Position numbers and translations under genes: made by a program. Shown in pieces: positions 1-10,720 of a stretch of 64,000 bases of DNA (positions within the stretch are counted from its first letter, which is position 1; the number at the start of each line of letters is the position of its first letter). Source of the DNA: Bacilli bacterium (lineage in GTDB: Bacteria; Bacillota_I; Bacilli_A; ML615J-28; CAG-313); assembly GCA_045119035.1 (NCBI GenBank), contig JBGVCU010000057.1:37238-101237 (forward strand). The letters are read 5' to 3'. The notes under the pieces are model-generated. The model did no database searches and was not told the DNA's origin. It worked only from the letters and a program-made list of their open reading frames with translations.

Positions 1-95
1 CATCCAAGGTTACATAGTGAACCAGGTCAGGCCTTGATCGGAGCAGCCTTAAGCTTTTGTAACTTGTGGGTGGGGGGCTCTAAGATGAAATCCTT
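1..95 (+). ncRNA. ffs: Signal recognition particle RNA (4.5S/scRNA), 3' portion truncated by the window start
   Basis: GC-rich, non-AT-biased stretch containing ACCAGGTCAGG ... GGAGCAGCC, which matches the conserved SRP RNA domain IV strands (E. coli 4.5S: CCAGGUCAGGUCCGGAAGGAAGCAGCC). No ORF is present. Followed by GGGGGGCTC as closing-helix-like sequence. Confidence 0.45.
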
Positions 96-158
96 TTAAT
101 TTGATTAAAACAAAGAAAAATGATAAAATATAAAAAAACATATATATGGTAAAAAATT

Positions 159-1136
159 ATGGAATTTAAAATTGGAAATATAAAACCTAAAAACCGAATA
201 GTTTTAGCCCCAATGGCAGGAATTAGTAACCAAGCATTTAGAACCATTTGTAAAGAAATGGGAGCAGGTCTTGTATATGCTGAGATGGTTAGTGATAAAG
301 GAATACAATTTAATAACGAAAAAACAAAAAAGATGTGTGAAATCTTAGAAGAAGAACATCCAATTGCAATGCAAATATTTGGTTCAAATCATGAAACAAT
401 CACCGCATCTGCAAAAGAAATGATTAAATTATCTAACTTTGATATTCTAGATGTTAATATGGGATGTCCTGTAAATAAAGTTATAAAAAGCGATTCTGGA
501 TCAGCTTTACTTAAACACCCTGATAAGATATATAATATTGTTAAGAGTTTAAAAGAAAATGTTGATATTCCTGTATCTATTAAAATTAGAGCTGGCTATG
601 ATTTTCAAAGTATTAATTGTCAAGAAGTTACTCGACTTGCTAATTTAGCAGGTGTTGATTGTATTACAATTCATGGTAGAACTCGTTCACAACTATATAC
701 TGGAAAAAGCAATTTAGAATATATTAAAATGGTAAAAGAAACTTCAGATTGTCCTGTTATAGGAAATGGAGATATCGTTGATATTGCTACGGCTGATGCT
801 ATGTTTGAAAAAACAGGAGTAGATGCAATTATGATTGGTCGTGCTGCAATGGGAAACCCTTGGATTTTTAAGCAACTTGATCAGTATTATTCAAAAGGTA
901 TTATTTTACCTCCAGTTACACCATTTGAAGTAGTTGATATGATATTAGAACACGCTAAAAGATTACTTGATTTAAAAGGTGAACATGTTGCAATGATTGA
1001 AATGAGAGGACATGCTGCTTGGTATTTAAAACAAATTCCTCATTCAAAAGAATTTAGAGTAGAAGCAGCAAGTGTAAAAACATTTGATCAACTTGTAAAT
1101 ATATGTAACAGACTAAAAAGTAAAATAACTGACTAA
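159..1136 (+). CDS. dus: tRNA-dihydrouridine synthase (DusB-like)
   Basis: N-terminal LAPMAGISN and NMGCPVNKV catalytic-Cys motif of the Dus TIM-barrel family; length 325 aa. Confidence 0.85.
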   Translation: MEFKIGNIKPKNRIVLAPMAGISNQAFRTICKEMGAGLVYAEMVSDKGIQFNNEKTKKMCEILEEEHPIAMQIFGSNHETITASAKEMIKLSNFDILDVNMGCPVNKVIKSDSGSALLKHPDKIYNIVKSLKENVDIPVSIKIRAGYDFQSINCQEVTRLANLAGVDCITIHGRTRSQLYTGKSNLEYIKMVKETSDCPVIGNGDIVDIATADAMFEKTGVDAIMIGRAAMGNPWIFKQLDQYYSKGIILPPVTPFEVVDMILEHAKRLLDLKGEHVAMIEMRGHAAWYLKQIPHSKEFRVEAASVKTFDQLVNICNRLKSKITD

Positions 1137-1152
1137 TAAATAGTCAGTTATT
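1122..1152. terminator. Bidirectional hairpin between convergent dus and hflX
   Basis: AACTGACTA-ATAAA-TAGTCAGTT inverted repeat overlapping both stop codons and flanked by T/A runs. Confidence 0.45.
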
Positions 1153-2446
1153 TTTTAATTTCATATTGTTTATATATATTATATAAATATTGGCTAACAA
1201 CAGCATCAACATATATTCCATTATCTAAATATTCTGTTTCATTAACAATTGAATTTGTAATAATTTTATTTAATATTTCACCTTTATCATATGGAATTAA
1301 TAATTTAATATTATATTGATTTGGATATAAAATCTCTTCAATACGATTAATTAATTCACTATAGCCAGCTTTTGTTTTTCCAGAAATAAATAAATTATCT
1401 TTAGTTTCTAATGATTGTAAAACAAAATCATTAATTAAATCAGTTTTGTTATATACATTTAAAATAGGTGCATCTTTAATACCTAATTCATTTAAAACTT
1501 CCAGTGTTGTTTTAACTTGTAAGTCTAAATATGGACTACTAGCATCTATTACATGAACAACCAAATCAGCATCTAATATTTCTTCTAAAGTAGATTTAAA
1601 AGATTCAATTAAATGATGGGGTAAATTACTAACAAAACCTACTGTATCTGTTATTAAAAATTCATGATTAGAATTTGTTTTAATACGTCTTGTTGTTGTT
1701 TCAAGTGTAGCAAATAACATATTTTTAACAAACACTTGTTTTTCTTCTAATTTATCATTATTAAACATTTCAATTAAATTATTGATAGTTGTACTTTTTC
1801 CAACATTAGTATATCCAACGAATGCAACAACTTTGATATCATTAGCTTTTCTTGCTTTTCTTGCTTCTTGTCTATTTTTAACAACTTCTTTTAATTCGCT
1901 TTGAGCTTTATAAATTTGACGTTCAATATGACGTTGATCTAGTTCAAGTTTTGTTTCCCCACTACCACGACGTGCTCCTACTGCTCCACTTGCTCCACCA
2001 CCAGTACGAGACATATAATCACGTGAACCAATTAATCGTGGTAACATATATTTAAGTTTTGCAATTTTTACTTGAAGCACTGCTTCTTTTGTTTTTGCAC
2101 GTTGTTCAAATATTGTTAAAATTAACATATTACGATCAATTATTTCGCAATCTAAATACTTTTGTAGATTTGAAATTTGTGCAGGTGATAGTTCATCAGC
2201 AAATATAATAGTATGTACTTCAAGTGCATCCTTCATCATTTTTAATTCATCAAGTTTTCCTGATCCTAAATATGTTTTTGCTTTAGGATGATCTAAGTTT
2301 TGAATTAAAGTATCAACTACCTCAAAATAACAAGCTTCAGCTAAATTTATAACTTCATTAAAATGATATGAAAATAATTCATCATTTGTATATGTGTTAA
2401 CATATGCAACAATGACTTTTTGTCTTTCAATTATAGATTCTTCCAT
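1148..2446 (-). CDS. hflX: GTPase HflX
   Basis: HflX N-domain followed by G-domain motifs GYTNVGKST (G1) and DTVGF (G3); 432 aa. Confidence 0.85.
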   Translation of the reverse strand: MEESIIERQKVIVAYVNTYTNDELFSYHFNEVINLAEACYFEVVDTLIQNLDHPKAKTYLGSGKLDELKMMKDALEVHTIIFADELSPAQISNLQKYLDCEIIDRNMLILTIFEQRAKTKEAVLQVKIAKLKYMLPRLIGSRDYMSRTGGGASGAVGARRGSGETKLELDQRHIERQIYKAQSELKEVVKNRQEARKARKANDIKVVAFVGYTNVGKSTTINNLIEMFNNDKLEEKQVFVKNMLFATLETTTRRIKTNSNHEFLITDTVGFVSNLPHHLIESFKSTLEEILDADLVVHVIDASSPYLDLQVKTTLEVLNELGIKDAPILNVYNKTDLINDFVLQSLETKDNLFISGKTKAGYSELINRIEEILYPNQYNIKLLIPYDKGEILNKIITNSIVNETEYLDNGIYVDAVVSQYLYNIYKQYEIKK

Positions 2447-2557
2447 AAAGCCTCCTTAAAGATATTTAATTATAACACATTTTGTAAAAAAAAGATAATA
2501 TAATAATAATTTCTTTAACAAATTAATATTAATAGTAGAGACTTATGGAGGATATAA

Positions 2558-4240
2558 ATGTTATATAGTGAAGAAATGGAAAATGTATTAAAAAGAAGTA
2601 AAGAAATTAAAGAAAAATTAAAAGATGAAAAAGAAAATACCGGTCATATATTAATGGCATTATATGAAAATAACGATACAATATGCCATTTTTTATTTGA
2701 AGAAGATGGTATTACAATGGAAAATATATTAAAATATTATTATGAAGTAATAGATACAATTGATGATTTAAATTTAATATTTCAAAAAACAAAAGAATAT
2801 GCAGCAAAATATAAAGCTAAAAAGATATATGATGAATATATATTTTATGCTATTTTAAATAATGATTGTATTGCACATTCAATTATCAAAAAATTAAATA
2901 TTGATATGGAACAATATCTAGAAGATACACTTGAAATAATGAATGTTGACAATAATAATACTGAAAAAGAAGAATATCCTTTCTTGATTAATTTATCTTC
3001 TAATAAAAATAATACAAAATATATAAAGTATAAAGATTATCTTGAAAGAATGATATATATATTAAACAAGAAAAATAAACATAATCCTTTATTGATTGGT
3101 AATCCCGGGGTTGGTAAAACCGCGCTTGTTGAAGGTTTAGCAAAACATATCAAAACCCCAGTATATCAACTTGATATAGGTATTACAGTATCTAAAACAA
3201 AATATCGTGGCGAACTTGAAGAAAAAATAATCAAAACAATGAATTTTATAAAGAAAACTAACTCAATTTTATTTATTGATGAAATACATACGATAGTTAA
3301 CTCTTCAAACTCCGATAGTGCTTTAGATATCGCTAATATCTTAAAACCGTATTTAACAAAAGAAAATATCAAAATAATTGGAGCTACTACTTTAGATGAA
3401 TATTATAATTTTATTGAAAAAGATAAAGCACTATCAAGAAGATTTAATAATTTATTTATTGATGAACCTAATATATCTGAAACAAGTAATATTGTAAATA
3501 GATTACTTCCAATATACGAAGAATATCATGATATAAAATATAACAAAAAGCTAATCAATAATATAATTAACTATACCAATATATATATGCCAAATAAAAC
3601 ATTTCCTGATAAAGCATTAGATATAATTGATGAATTAGGATCTAGAAAAGGAAAAAACTTAGAACATACTCTTAAAAAAATAATAAAAGATTATACAGGT
3701 ATATATACGATAAATGAAAATAAATTAAATAAAATCAACTTATTTTATCCAGAACTAATTAAATATTATAAACCGTTAATAAAACTAAATTTTAACGATA
3801 GAAATAATATTGTATTAATTAAAACAAAAACTGATTTTAAAATAAACAATTTAATTAATGATTTAGAAAAGATATTCAGGTTTAAAAAAGAAGCATATTT
3901 AGAAATAGATTTAGAATTATTTACAGATTATACTATGTTAAATAATTTAATTGGTTCATCTAAAGGCTATGTAGGATATAATGAAGGTGGCTTATTATCT
4001 GAACATATTTTAAAATATCCGTTATCAGTAATTTATTTAAAAAATTTAGATAAATGCCATTATCAGATAGAATATTTTATTAGAAATATATTTAAAAAAG
4101 ATTTTTTATTAGATAATAAAAATAGAAAAATTTATCTAAAAAATTGTATTTTTTTATTTTCAATAAGTGAAAATAATCAAAATGTTGGATTAATAAGACA
4201 TAATGTGAATAAAAAAATAGAATTTGATATTGAAATTTAA
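2558..4240 (+). CDS. Clp-N domain AAA+ ATPase (ClpA/B/C-like) with one intact nucleotide-binding domain and a degenerate second
   Basis: Clp_N-like N-terminus; Walker A LLIGNPGVGKTALVEGLA; ClpB D2-like tail SSKGYVGYNEGGLLSE with no second P-loop; only 560 aa. Confidence 0.6.
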   Translation: MLYSEEMENVLKRSKEIKEKLKDEKENTGHILMALYENNDTICHFLFEEDGITMENILKYYYEVIDTIDDLNLIFQKTKEYAAKYKAKKIYDEYIFYAILNNDCIAHSIIKKLNIDMEQYLEDTLEIMNVDNNNTEKEEYPFLINLSSNKNNTKYIKYKDYLERMIYILNKKNKHNPLLIGNPGVGKTALVEGLAKHIKTPVYQLDIGITVSKTKYRGELEEKIIKTMNFIKKTNSILFIDEIHTIVNSSNSDSALDIANILKPYLTKENIKIIGATTLDEYYNFIEKDKALSRRFNNLFIDEPNISETSNIVNRLLPIYEEYHDIKYNKKLINNIINYTNIYMPNKTFPDKALDIIDELGSRKGKNLEHTLKKIIKDYTGIYTINENKLNKINLFYPELIKYYKPLIKLNFNDRNNIVLIKTKTDFKINNLINDLEKIFRFKKEAYLEIDLELFTDYTMLNNLIGSSKGYVGYNEGGLLSEHILKYPLSVIYLKNLDKCHYQIEYFIRNIFKKDFLLDNKNRKIYLKNCIFLFSISENNQNVGLIRHNVNKKIEFDIEI

Positions 4241-4268
4241 CAAGGTATTAAAATACCTTGTTTTATTA
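4241..4268 (+). terminator. Rho-independent terminator
   Basis: CAAGGTATT-AAA-ATACCTTG hairpin followed by TTTT. Confidence 0.55.
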
Positions 4269-4367
4269 TTCTTTCTTTAAAATAAAAAATAAAACATATG
4301 TATTTGAAATTTTTTAAAATTTATGTTATAATAAAATGTAATAGTCTATAAAAAAGGAGGTAGTAAT

Positions 4368-7300
4368 ATGAAACATAATCAAAGTAATTATCGTATTGAA
4401 CTTCGTAATAAACATTTGTTAGATATTTTATGTAGTGATTACTACCTAGAACTTGGAGTAATTGACTTAAATCTTTTAAATGATTTATTAAATGATAAAC
4501 AATTGAATCTAGTTGATATTGAGTATCGTGATTTATCTAATGAAGGTGTAGGACAAATTAGAGAAGATGATGAAGATATTCATTATCAAGTAAATTATTT
4601 AGTTTCACTTAGACAAAAGAACTCAACAGATAAATTTTTTATTACTTGTAATTGTTTAAGATATTTAAATACTGAAGGTTTTGAAGTCCATGCTCCTATG
4701 GTGCTTATTCCTGTTGAAATTGACTATGAAAATTTTAGAATTTGTAAATCTGGTCCTGCTATTCCTAACTCTTTACTTCTTAATTATTTAACAAAAGAGT
4801 TTATGATTAAAGAATCAAATCCTAATTATGGTAAAGAAAATAATGATTCTAAAAAACAATCAAGTTTAGCACATAGTTTAGATGATTTTAAAAATCCAAA
4901 ACTAAATACTTTCTCTCAAATTGATAAATATTGTGAAGAACTAGCTAGTCTTTGTGGTTTAAAATATAATATTTATAATTATTTAACAACTGTTCAAGTA
5001 GAATATAATGATTATATTAGTGATGAAAATGTATTCGATGTTGAACGTTCTATATATAGCCGTAGACCTGAAGAAATTACTGAAGAATATTTCAAAAAAG
5101 TAAAAGCAATTCTTCCAACAAATATTAGCCAAAAAGAAGCAATTCTAAAAGCAGCAAACGGTGAAAGCTTCGTCGTAAACGGAAAACTTGGAAGCGGTAA
5201 AACATATACAGCAATTAATATTATATGTGACCAATTAGCAAAAGGTAAAAAGATTTTATATGTTAACCAAGATATTGATAATTTATATGATATTGAAAAA
5301 AATTTAAATGCCCTTCATTTAGAAAATGCGGTTTATAATTTTTCAAAAAACATTAAATCAATTGACTCTTCAAAAACAGTATTCCCAGATGGTTTTGATT
5401 CTGAATTTGATATCAGTAAAGTTAAAAAAATTGAAAGTTATCATGATCACTATGATTATAAACTTCATGGATATTCAAAAAGAAAAATATACGAAGATAT
5501 TGCTGTTATTAAAAGACAACATCAAAAATTAGAACCAATTGAGATTAAAACTAATCTACAATATTTTGAAGCTGTTCATATTTATGAACAAGCTAAAGAA
5601 GTTGAAAAAAGATTAAATTTAATTGATCCATATGATACAAACTGTTGGAGAAATATTTCTATTGAGCATCATAACTTAAATGACCAAGAAATTGCCAATA
5701 GAACAAAGAATATGTTAGACGCAAACCAACAATTATTAAAAAAATCTCTTGCGTTCCAAGAAAATTATTTTATTAAAGCTCCGAATAATATAGCTGATAT
5801 ATATTCACTTACTACATGTATGGCTGAATTTGCTAAAGCAAGACCTCTAAAATCATGGCTTGACAGAAGCACAAAAGTAAAAGTAAAATCGGCTATTCAA
5901 GAATTACAAAATTTATCTGATACATATTTTTCTGTAAGAGAATATTATGGACAAAATATTTTAAATACATATGTTCCAAAGAAAATAGATAATATTATTG
6001 AAAGATTACATTATAAATTATTTGGGACATCAGAGCTTACAAAAGCCAGTGATGAATTATATATTAATAAATTATTAAATGAAAAAAATAATATAATTCA
6101 AATCACTGAGACTATTAAAAAACTATCATTAGATTTTGAAAATGTTTCAAATAATATTAAACAATATTTTAATATTAATAGTCTTGATGAATACATATAT
6201 GAGACAATTGAAGAATTATATTTATTATTATCAAATAACTATATTATTAAAAAATGGTATATTGCGTTTAACACAGCTTATGAGAAATTAATGGATATTC
6301 AAAATGAAGTACTATATCATATAGATGAATTAGAACTTTTAAAGAAAGAATTATCACAATATATTTTAAAACCAGAATATTTAACTTTTGAATATTCTGA
6401 TGAAGCAGCAAAATCACCAATTTTTAATCTTTATGCTAGACGTTATTTTAATAGAAAAGCAATAACACAAGCACATTTAACAGTTGATCATATTACTGAT
6501 TTATATGAAAGATTTTATAAAAAACAACTAGAAATTAATCAACTAGTTGTAGATATGACATATATTAAAAAATATAGTGTTGAAGAACAATATAAAGCAT
6601 TTATTGCTTTTTGTAATTATGTAAAACGTCTTTCTAAATTAGAAATGCGTATAATTAAAAATTTCTTCGCAAATGTTGTTTATAATCCTGAATATGATTA
6701 TGAAAAAGTTATTAGTGATTTACAAATTTTCTTACAAAACGTAGATTCACTTAAAAAACTTGAAAATAGATTATTAGAGTATAAAATTAAATTAACATCT
6801 CATTTACCACATGAAAAAATAAATGAATTATTAACATGGAATATATATTTACAAGATGTATTATTATGTGGAAAAGAATTAGAGGGAATTTTTAAATATA
6901 ATAGTGATATTCATTATGCTGGTTTAATATATCTTTCTAAAAAAGATAGTCAAATTGAACATGTTCAAAATAAAGTAAAAGAAAAAGAACAATATTTTAT
7001 CTCTTTATTAGGAGAATCTTTTAAAGGATTTGATACCGATATTACAGGTATTACAAAATTAATTGAGTATTTTGATCAATTCTCTGATCGTTTCAAACAT
7101 ATAAGATATATTGATCAATTATTTAATGATAAATTTTATCAAATGGTAACTGATTCTGAGGAAATTTTAGACCTATATAATAAATGGTTTGAAGCTTATA
7201 AAGCTTTATCAAACTGTTTTAGAGGAGGTTTATCTATATTCCAAAGACAGAAGTTAAGTGAAAATCATATTTTACTACAAAAATACTATAATAAAATAAA

Positions 7301-8678
7301 TCAACTTGATGATGTTATATATATTACAACTATTTTAAATGAGTGGGAACAATATTGTTTAAATGATTTTATTACTGGTATTAAAGAAGGAAAATATAAA
7401 GAAAATCTTGCTGTTAATTTCTATTATTCAGTATTAGATAAATATCGTACAGAACTAGAAAAAATCCCATATGTAGAATATTCTACAGATGAATTTTTGA
7501 ATGATGTTAAAGAATATAATATGTATGAACTTGCATATTGTACAAAAAACATTCATAAAATTAGATTATCTGTTCAACATGATAAAAGAAATAACCGTTT
7601 TAATACTGTTCGTTTTAATGATTATAATGCTATGATTAATTTTACTTTAAATCAACGTGCTATATATTTAGCTGATTTAAATATCTTTAATTCTAATATT
7701 AAATTATCAAACTTTGATTTAGTTTTAGTTGATGATGGACATTTATCAACTGCGAACAAATATAATCGTATTAAAGAATGTAAACAAGTAATTGTATTTG
7801 GAGATAAATCATTTAGATCTTCAATTGTTAACTCTTTAATGCAAAGAACACCTACTCATGCAACTATTGACTTTAATCATCGATATGTTTTAATGTCTAA
7901 TAAATACAATAATTTATTCTCTAGAACAAATCAATATATTAAGTCACATAAAACAAAAACATTTATTGAACCAATTGAGTCAATTGATGATTTTGTTAAT
8001 GAAGTTGTAAAAGTATTCTATGAAAAACCTAATCAAGTAATGAATATTATTGTAGGTAAACATAGCACAAAACGTATTATGTATAAAAAATTAATCGATA
8101 AATTAGTAGAGTTTTATTCGAGAGAAGAAATTACTACGATTTTCAATTATCGTATTAAGATAATTTATTCAAATCATGAATCTGCAAGCTATGTAAATAA
8201 TGTATTCTTCTTTTTTGATGATTATTTAAATATGGATGAAAATTCACTTGAATTATTATTTAAGAATTTTACAATTGTAGAAAATTATATTTTCATCAAA
8301 TATATTAAAAACGAAAATGAAGAAGAAAATCAAAAAATCGTTAAACTTCTTAATGGTATTATTAACAATAAAGAAGGAATTAAAAAAGAAAAAGAAATTA
8401 GTAAAATCATTATTGATGATATAAAGAAAAGAAATATTGGTACAAGAGTAGATTTTGGTTTTGGTGCCTTTGATATTGTAATTAGATCTACAACGAATAC
8501 TGGTATAATTATATCTGGTTCTAAGACAGAAGATATATATTCTAATATAGATGATGTAAATTTCTATGTTACAACATATAGAAAATTTGGATGGAACGTA
8601 ATAATGATTGATATTGCTGAATTTGTTGATGATTACTATTCAGCGTTAAATAAAATTATAGACTTATGTAAGAAATAG
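4368..8678 (+). CDS. Giant cytoplasmic P-loop protein (1436 aa); DUF4011-like N-terminus and degenerate SF1-helicase-like motifs
   Basis: Strong RBS AAGGAGG. N-terminal FEVHAPMVLIPVEIDYENF block. Walker A GKLGSGKTYT near aa 268. A distant VLVDDGH / VIVFGDKSF motif II/III-like region near aa 1090. No TM segment or signal peptide. Confidence 0.55.
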   Translation: MKHNQSNYRIELRNKHLLDILCSDYYLELGVIDLNLLNDLLNDKQLNLVDIEYRDLSNEGVGQIREDDEDIHYQVNYLVSLRQKNSTDKFFITCNCLRYLNTEGFEVHAPMVLIPVEIDYENFRICKSGPAIPNSLLLNYLTKEFMIKESNPNYGKENNDSKKQSSLAHSLDDFKNPKLNTFSQIDKYCEELASLCGLKYNIYNYLTTVQVEYNDYISDENVFDVERSIYSRRPEEITEEYFKKVKAILPTNISQKEAILKAANGESFVVNGKLGSGKTYTAINIICDQLAKGKKILYVNQDIDNLYDIEKNLNALHLENAVYNFSKNIKSIDSSKTVFPDGFDSEFDISKVKKIESYHDHYDYKLHGYSKRKIYEDIAVIKRQHQKLEPIEIKTNLQYFEAVHIYEQAKEVEKRLNLIDPYDTNCWRNISIEHHNLNDQEIANRTKNMLDANQQLLKKSLAFQENYFIKAPNNIADIYSLTTCMAEFAKARPLKSWLDRSTKVKVKSAIQELQNLSDTYFSVREYYGQNILNTYVPKKIDNIIERLHYKLFGTSELTKASDELYINKLLNEKNNIIQITETIKKLSLDFENVSNNIKQYFNINSLDEYIYETIEELYLLLSNNYIIKKWYIAFNTAYEKLMDIQNEVLYHIDELELLKKELSQYILKPEYLTFEYSDEAAKSPIFNLYARRYFNRKAITQAHLTVDHITDLYERFYKKQLEINQLVVDMTYIKKYSVEEQYKAFIAFCNYVKRLSKLEMRIIKNFFANVVYNPEYDYEKVISDLQIFLQNVDSLKKLENRLLEYKIKLTSHLPHEKINELLTWNIYLQDVLLCGKELEGIFKYNSDIHYAGLIYLSKKDSQIEHVQNKVKEKEQYFISLLGESFKGFDTDITGITKLIEYFDQFSDRFKHIRYIDQLFNDKFYQMVTDSEEILDLYNKWFEAYKALSNCFRGGLSIFQRQKLSENHILLQKYYNKINQLDDVIYITTILNEWEQYCLNDFITGIKEGKYKENLAVNFYYSVLDKYRTELEKIPYVEYSTDEFLNDVKEYNMYELAYCTKNIHKIRLSVQHDKRNNRFNTVRFNDYNAMINFTLNQRAIYLADLNIFNSNIKLSNFDLVLVDDGHLSTANKYNRIKECKQVIVFGDKSFRSSIVNSLMQRTPTHATIDFNHRYVLMSNKYNNLFSRTNQYIKSHKTKTFIEPIESIDDFVNEVVKVFYEKPNQVMNIIVGKHSTKRIMYKKLIDKLVEFYSREEITTIFNYRIKIIYSNHESASYVNNVFFFFDDYLNMDENSLELLFKNFTIVENYIFIKYIKNENEEENQKIVKLLNGIINNKEGIKKEKEISKIIIDDIKKRNIGTRVDFGFGAFDIVIRSTTNTGIIISGSKTEDIYSNIDDVNFYVTTYRKFGWNVIMIDIAEFVDDYYSALNKIIDLCKK

Positions 8679-8686
8679 GAGGTATT

Positions 8687-9502
8687 ATGACTCTTGGAAT
8701 AGTACAATTTTTCAAAGATTACATTGGAGTAGATAGTGCTGGTAATTTATTAGTAAATGGGATTATTAAATTAGTAATTGATTTATTATTAGTTATTGCC
8801 CTACTTGTCTTTGTATTTCTATTTTTAATTAAACATACTAAAACAAAAAAGATCTTAGTATTTTCAATTATCTATTTATCAGTATATTTAATTATTGGTT
8901 CATTTGGATTAGTATTACTTAGATCTTTAATGACTGTTGGTATTATTATGTTTTTAGGTGTTTTAGTTGTTAACTATGCACCTGAGGTTAAATCACACTT
9001 TACTGCTTTAAAACGTGGAAAAGGTGAAAAAGGATTTATTACAAATGCTCAAGCAAAAGAACAATTAATTGATACTTTAATTAGAACTGTTGAATATTTA
9101 ACTTCAAGAAAAATTGGAGCAATTATTACTTTAGAAAAAGAAAATTCACTTAACACATATATTGACAAAGGAACAAAAATTGAAGCAAATGTATCATTTG
9201 AACTTCTTGCTACAATCTTCTGGCCTAATACTGCTTTACATGATGGTGCAGTAATTATTCGTGGAAGTAATATCATGTGTGCTGGAACATTCTATCCACC
9301 TAGCGAAAATGCAGATATTCCTAAAACTTTAGGTTCACGTCATAGAGCAGGGCTTGGAATTAGTGAAGTAAGTGATGCTTTTACAATAATTTTATCTGAA
9401 GAAACAGGTAATATTGCTACAACAATTTCTGGAACAATTACATCTAATATTACTGTTGAAAGTTTAAGAGTATCATTAGATCAAAACATTTTAGTAAAAT
9501 AG
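8687..9502 (+). CDS. cdaA: Diadenylate cyclase CdaA (c-di-AMP synthase), membrane-anchored
   Basis: Three N-terminal TM helices followed by a DAC domain with the DGA (TALHDGAVII) and RHRAG motifs. Confidence 0.85.
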   Translation: MTLGIVQFFKDYIGVDSAGNLLVNGIIKLVIDLLLVIALLVFVFLFLIKHTKTKKILVFSIIYLSVYLIIGSFGLVLLRSLMTVGIIMFLGVLVVNYAPEVKSHFTALKRGKGEKGFITNAQAKEQLIDTLIRTVEYLTSRKIGAIITLEKENSLNTYIDKGTKIEANVSFELLATIFWPNTALHDGAVIIRGSNIMCAGTFYPPSENADIPKTLGSRHRAGLGISEVSDAFTIILSEETGNIATTISGTITSNITVESLRVSLDQNILVK

Positions 9503-9511
9503 GAGCAATAT

Positions 9512-10720
9512 ATGACATTAGGAATAAATAATATTTTCTCAAATTTAAATTTAAATTCATTTCATATATATTTATTTTCTTCAATATTTGTTCTAATTTT
9601 AATTATTTTAAAAATAGTTCTTCATAAAAAAATTGATTTTATCGGAATATTATCATTCTTAATTATTTCAACTTGTGCATTAATGTTTTCACAAGAAAAT
9701 ATTTGTAGTGTTATTAATATTATTTTTGCTGTGTTATATGGTTTATTATTTATTTATGTTTTACTTGACTATATTTATACTGCAAAATGTCATTCAATTT
9801 GCAAAACAAGAATTCAAGATTATTTAAAAAACAGTGAATTTGAATATTTTATTCAAGTAAATAAAAAGAATAGAGTTATTGATTATTCTTTAAATTTTAC
9901 AAACCTTGCAAATAGAGATAGTGAAGGAATCTTTAATTTAAAATTCCCTGAAATATTTTTCGAAAGAACAAATATTACAGCTGTAAATGGAGAACCTGCA
10001 ACAATTCATTCATTACCTATTTTTAGAAGTAATTATTCAAAAGCAATTTCACGTCATAAAAATTATGAATTTTCAATTACAATTTTAGATGAAAATGATC
10101 ATGAAGTAAATTATGAAGGTATTATTCAACCAGTTTATTTTCATAACATTTTAATTGCAAAAAATATTTATCTATCTGTAAATAGAATGCAAATATTAGA
10201 AACAACTAGATCAACACTTGTTGAAGCAACTCAAAACTTACTAGATGCTAGAAATCAAACATATGTATTGATGTCACTTACAAGTGGAGTAGTAATGTAT
10301 TTTGACTTCCAAACAAAAATGTATATGTCTACTGAAAGCTTCCAAAAGTATACTGATACAGTTAGACAAGAATATGATTTCGATGAATTTTTATCAATGA
10401 TTCACCCTGAAGATGTTCAATTCTATATGGATCAAAGTTCTACTATTAACTCTCTTAGAACAACTAGATTAAAATTCAGAATGTTTATTGGAAATAAATA
10501 CTATGGTGTTATTGAAGATTCTATCTTCCTTGCTAAAGATGAAAAATTAGTATCACTTATTCGTGTAGCAGGTGATGCTTATAAAGAAGAAGCAAGTGAT
10601 GTAGTATTATCTACTCAAGAAGCAAATGATATCTTAGATGATTTAGGATTAAGCGATATTGATAAGATGGCTGGTTCAACAATCGATTTATTAAACCGCT
10701 TAAGTAAGAAAAATGACTAA
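9512..10720 (+). CDS. Membrane protein immediately downstream of cdaA; possible CdaR-like regulator (call is position-based only)
   Basis: Three N-terminal TM segments plus a ~300-aa soluble domain. Operonic spacing: 10 bp after cdaA, and overlaps ispDF by 8 nt. YbbR repeats could not be verified by eye. Confidence 0.4.
   Translation: MTLGINNIFSNLNLNSFHIYLFSSIFVLILIILKIVLHKKIDFIGILSFLIISTCALMFSQENICSVINIIFAVLYGLLFIYVLLDYIYTAKCHSICKTRIQDYLKNSEFEYFIQVNKKNRVIDYSLNFTNLANRDSEGIFNLKFPEIFFERTNITAVNGEPATIHSLPIFRSNYSKAISRHKNYEFSITILDENDHEVNYEGIIQPVYFHNILIAKNIYLSVNRMQILETTRSTLVEATQNLLDARNQTYVLMSLTSGVVMYFDFQTKMYMSTESFQKYTDTVRQEYDFDEFLSMIHPEDVQFYMDQSSTINSLRTTRLKFRMFIGNKYYGVIEDSIFLAKDEKLVSLIRVAGDAYKEEASDVVLSTQEANDILDDLGLSDIDKMAGSTIDLLNRLSKKND

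Noticed and set aside
3166-3372. Short antisense or overlapping ORFs from the six-frame track (3166-3372, 5326-5532, 9049-9276, 16560-16961, 18438-18620, 23385-23573, 32139-32381, 32167-32355, 32655-32885, 33784-33975, 39504-39740, 40161-40457, 44993-45193, 47604-47801, 49498-49713, 49768-49962, 51676-51879, 56627-56815, 57356-57556, 59058-59246)
   Set aside because: All lie wholly inside well-supported longer genes in another frame or on the opposite strand. They are composed of low-complexity AT-codon runs and have no RBS: typical chance ORFs in AT-rich DNA.
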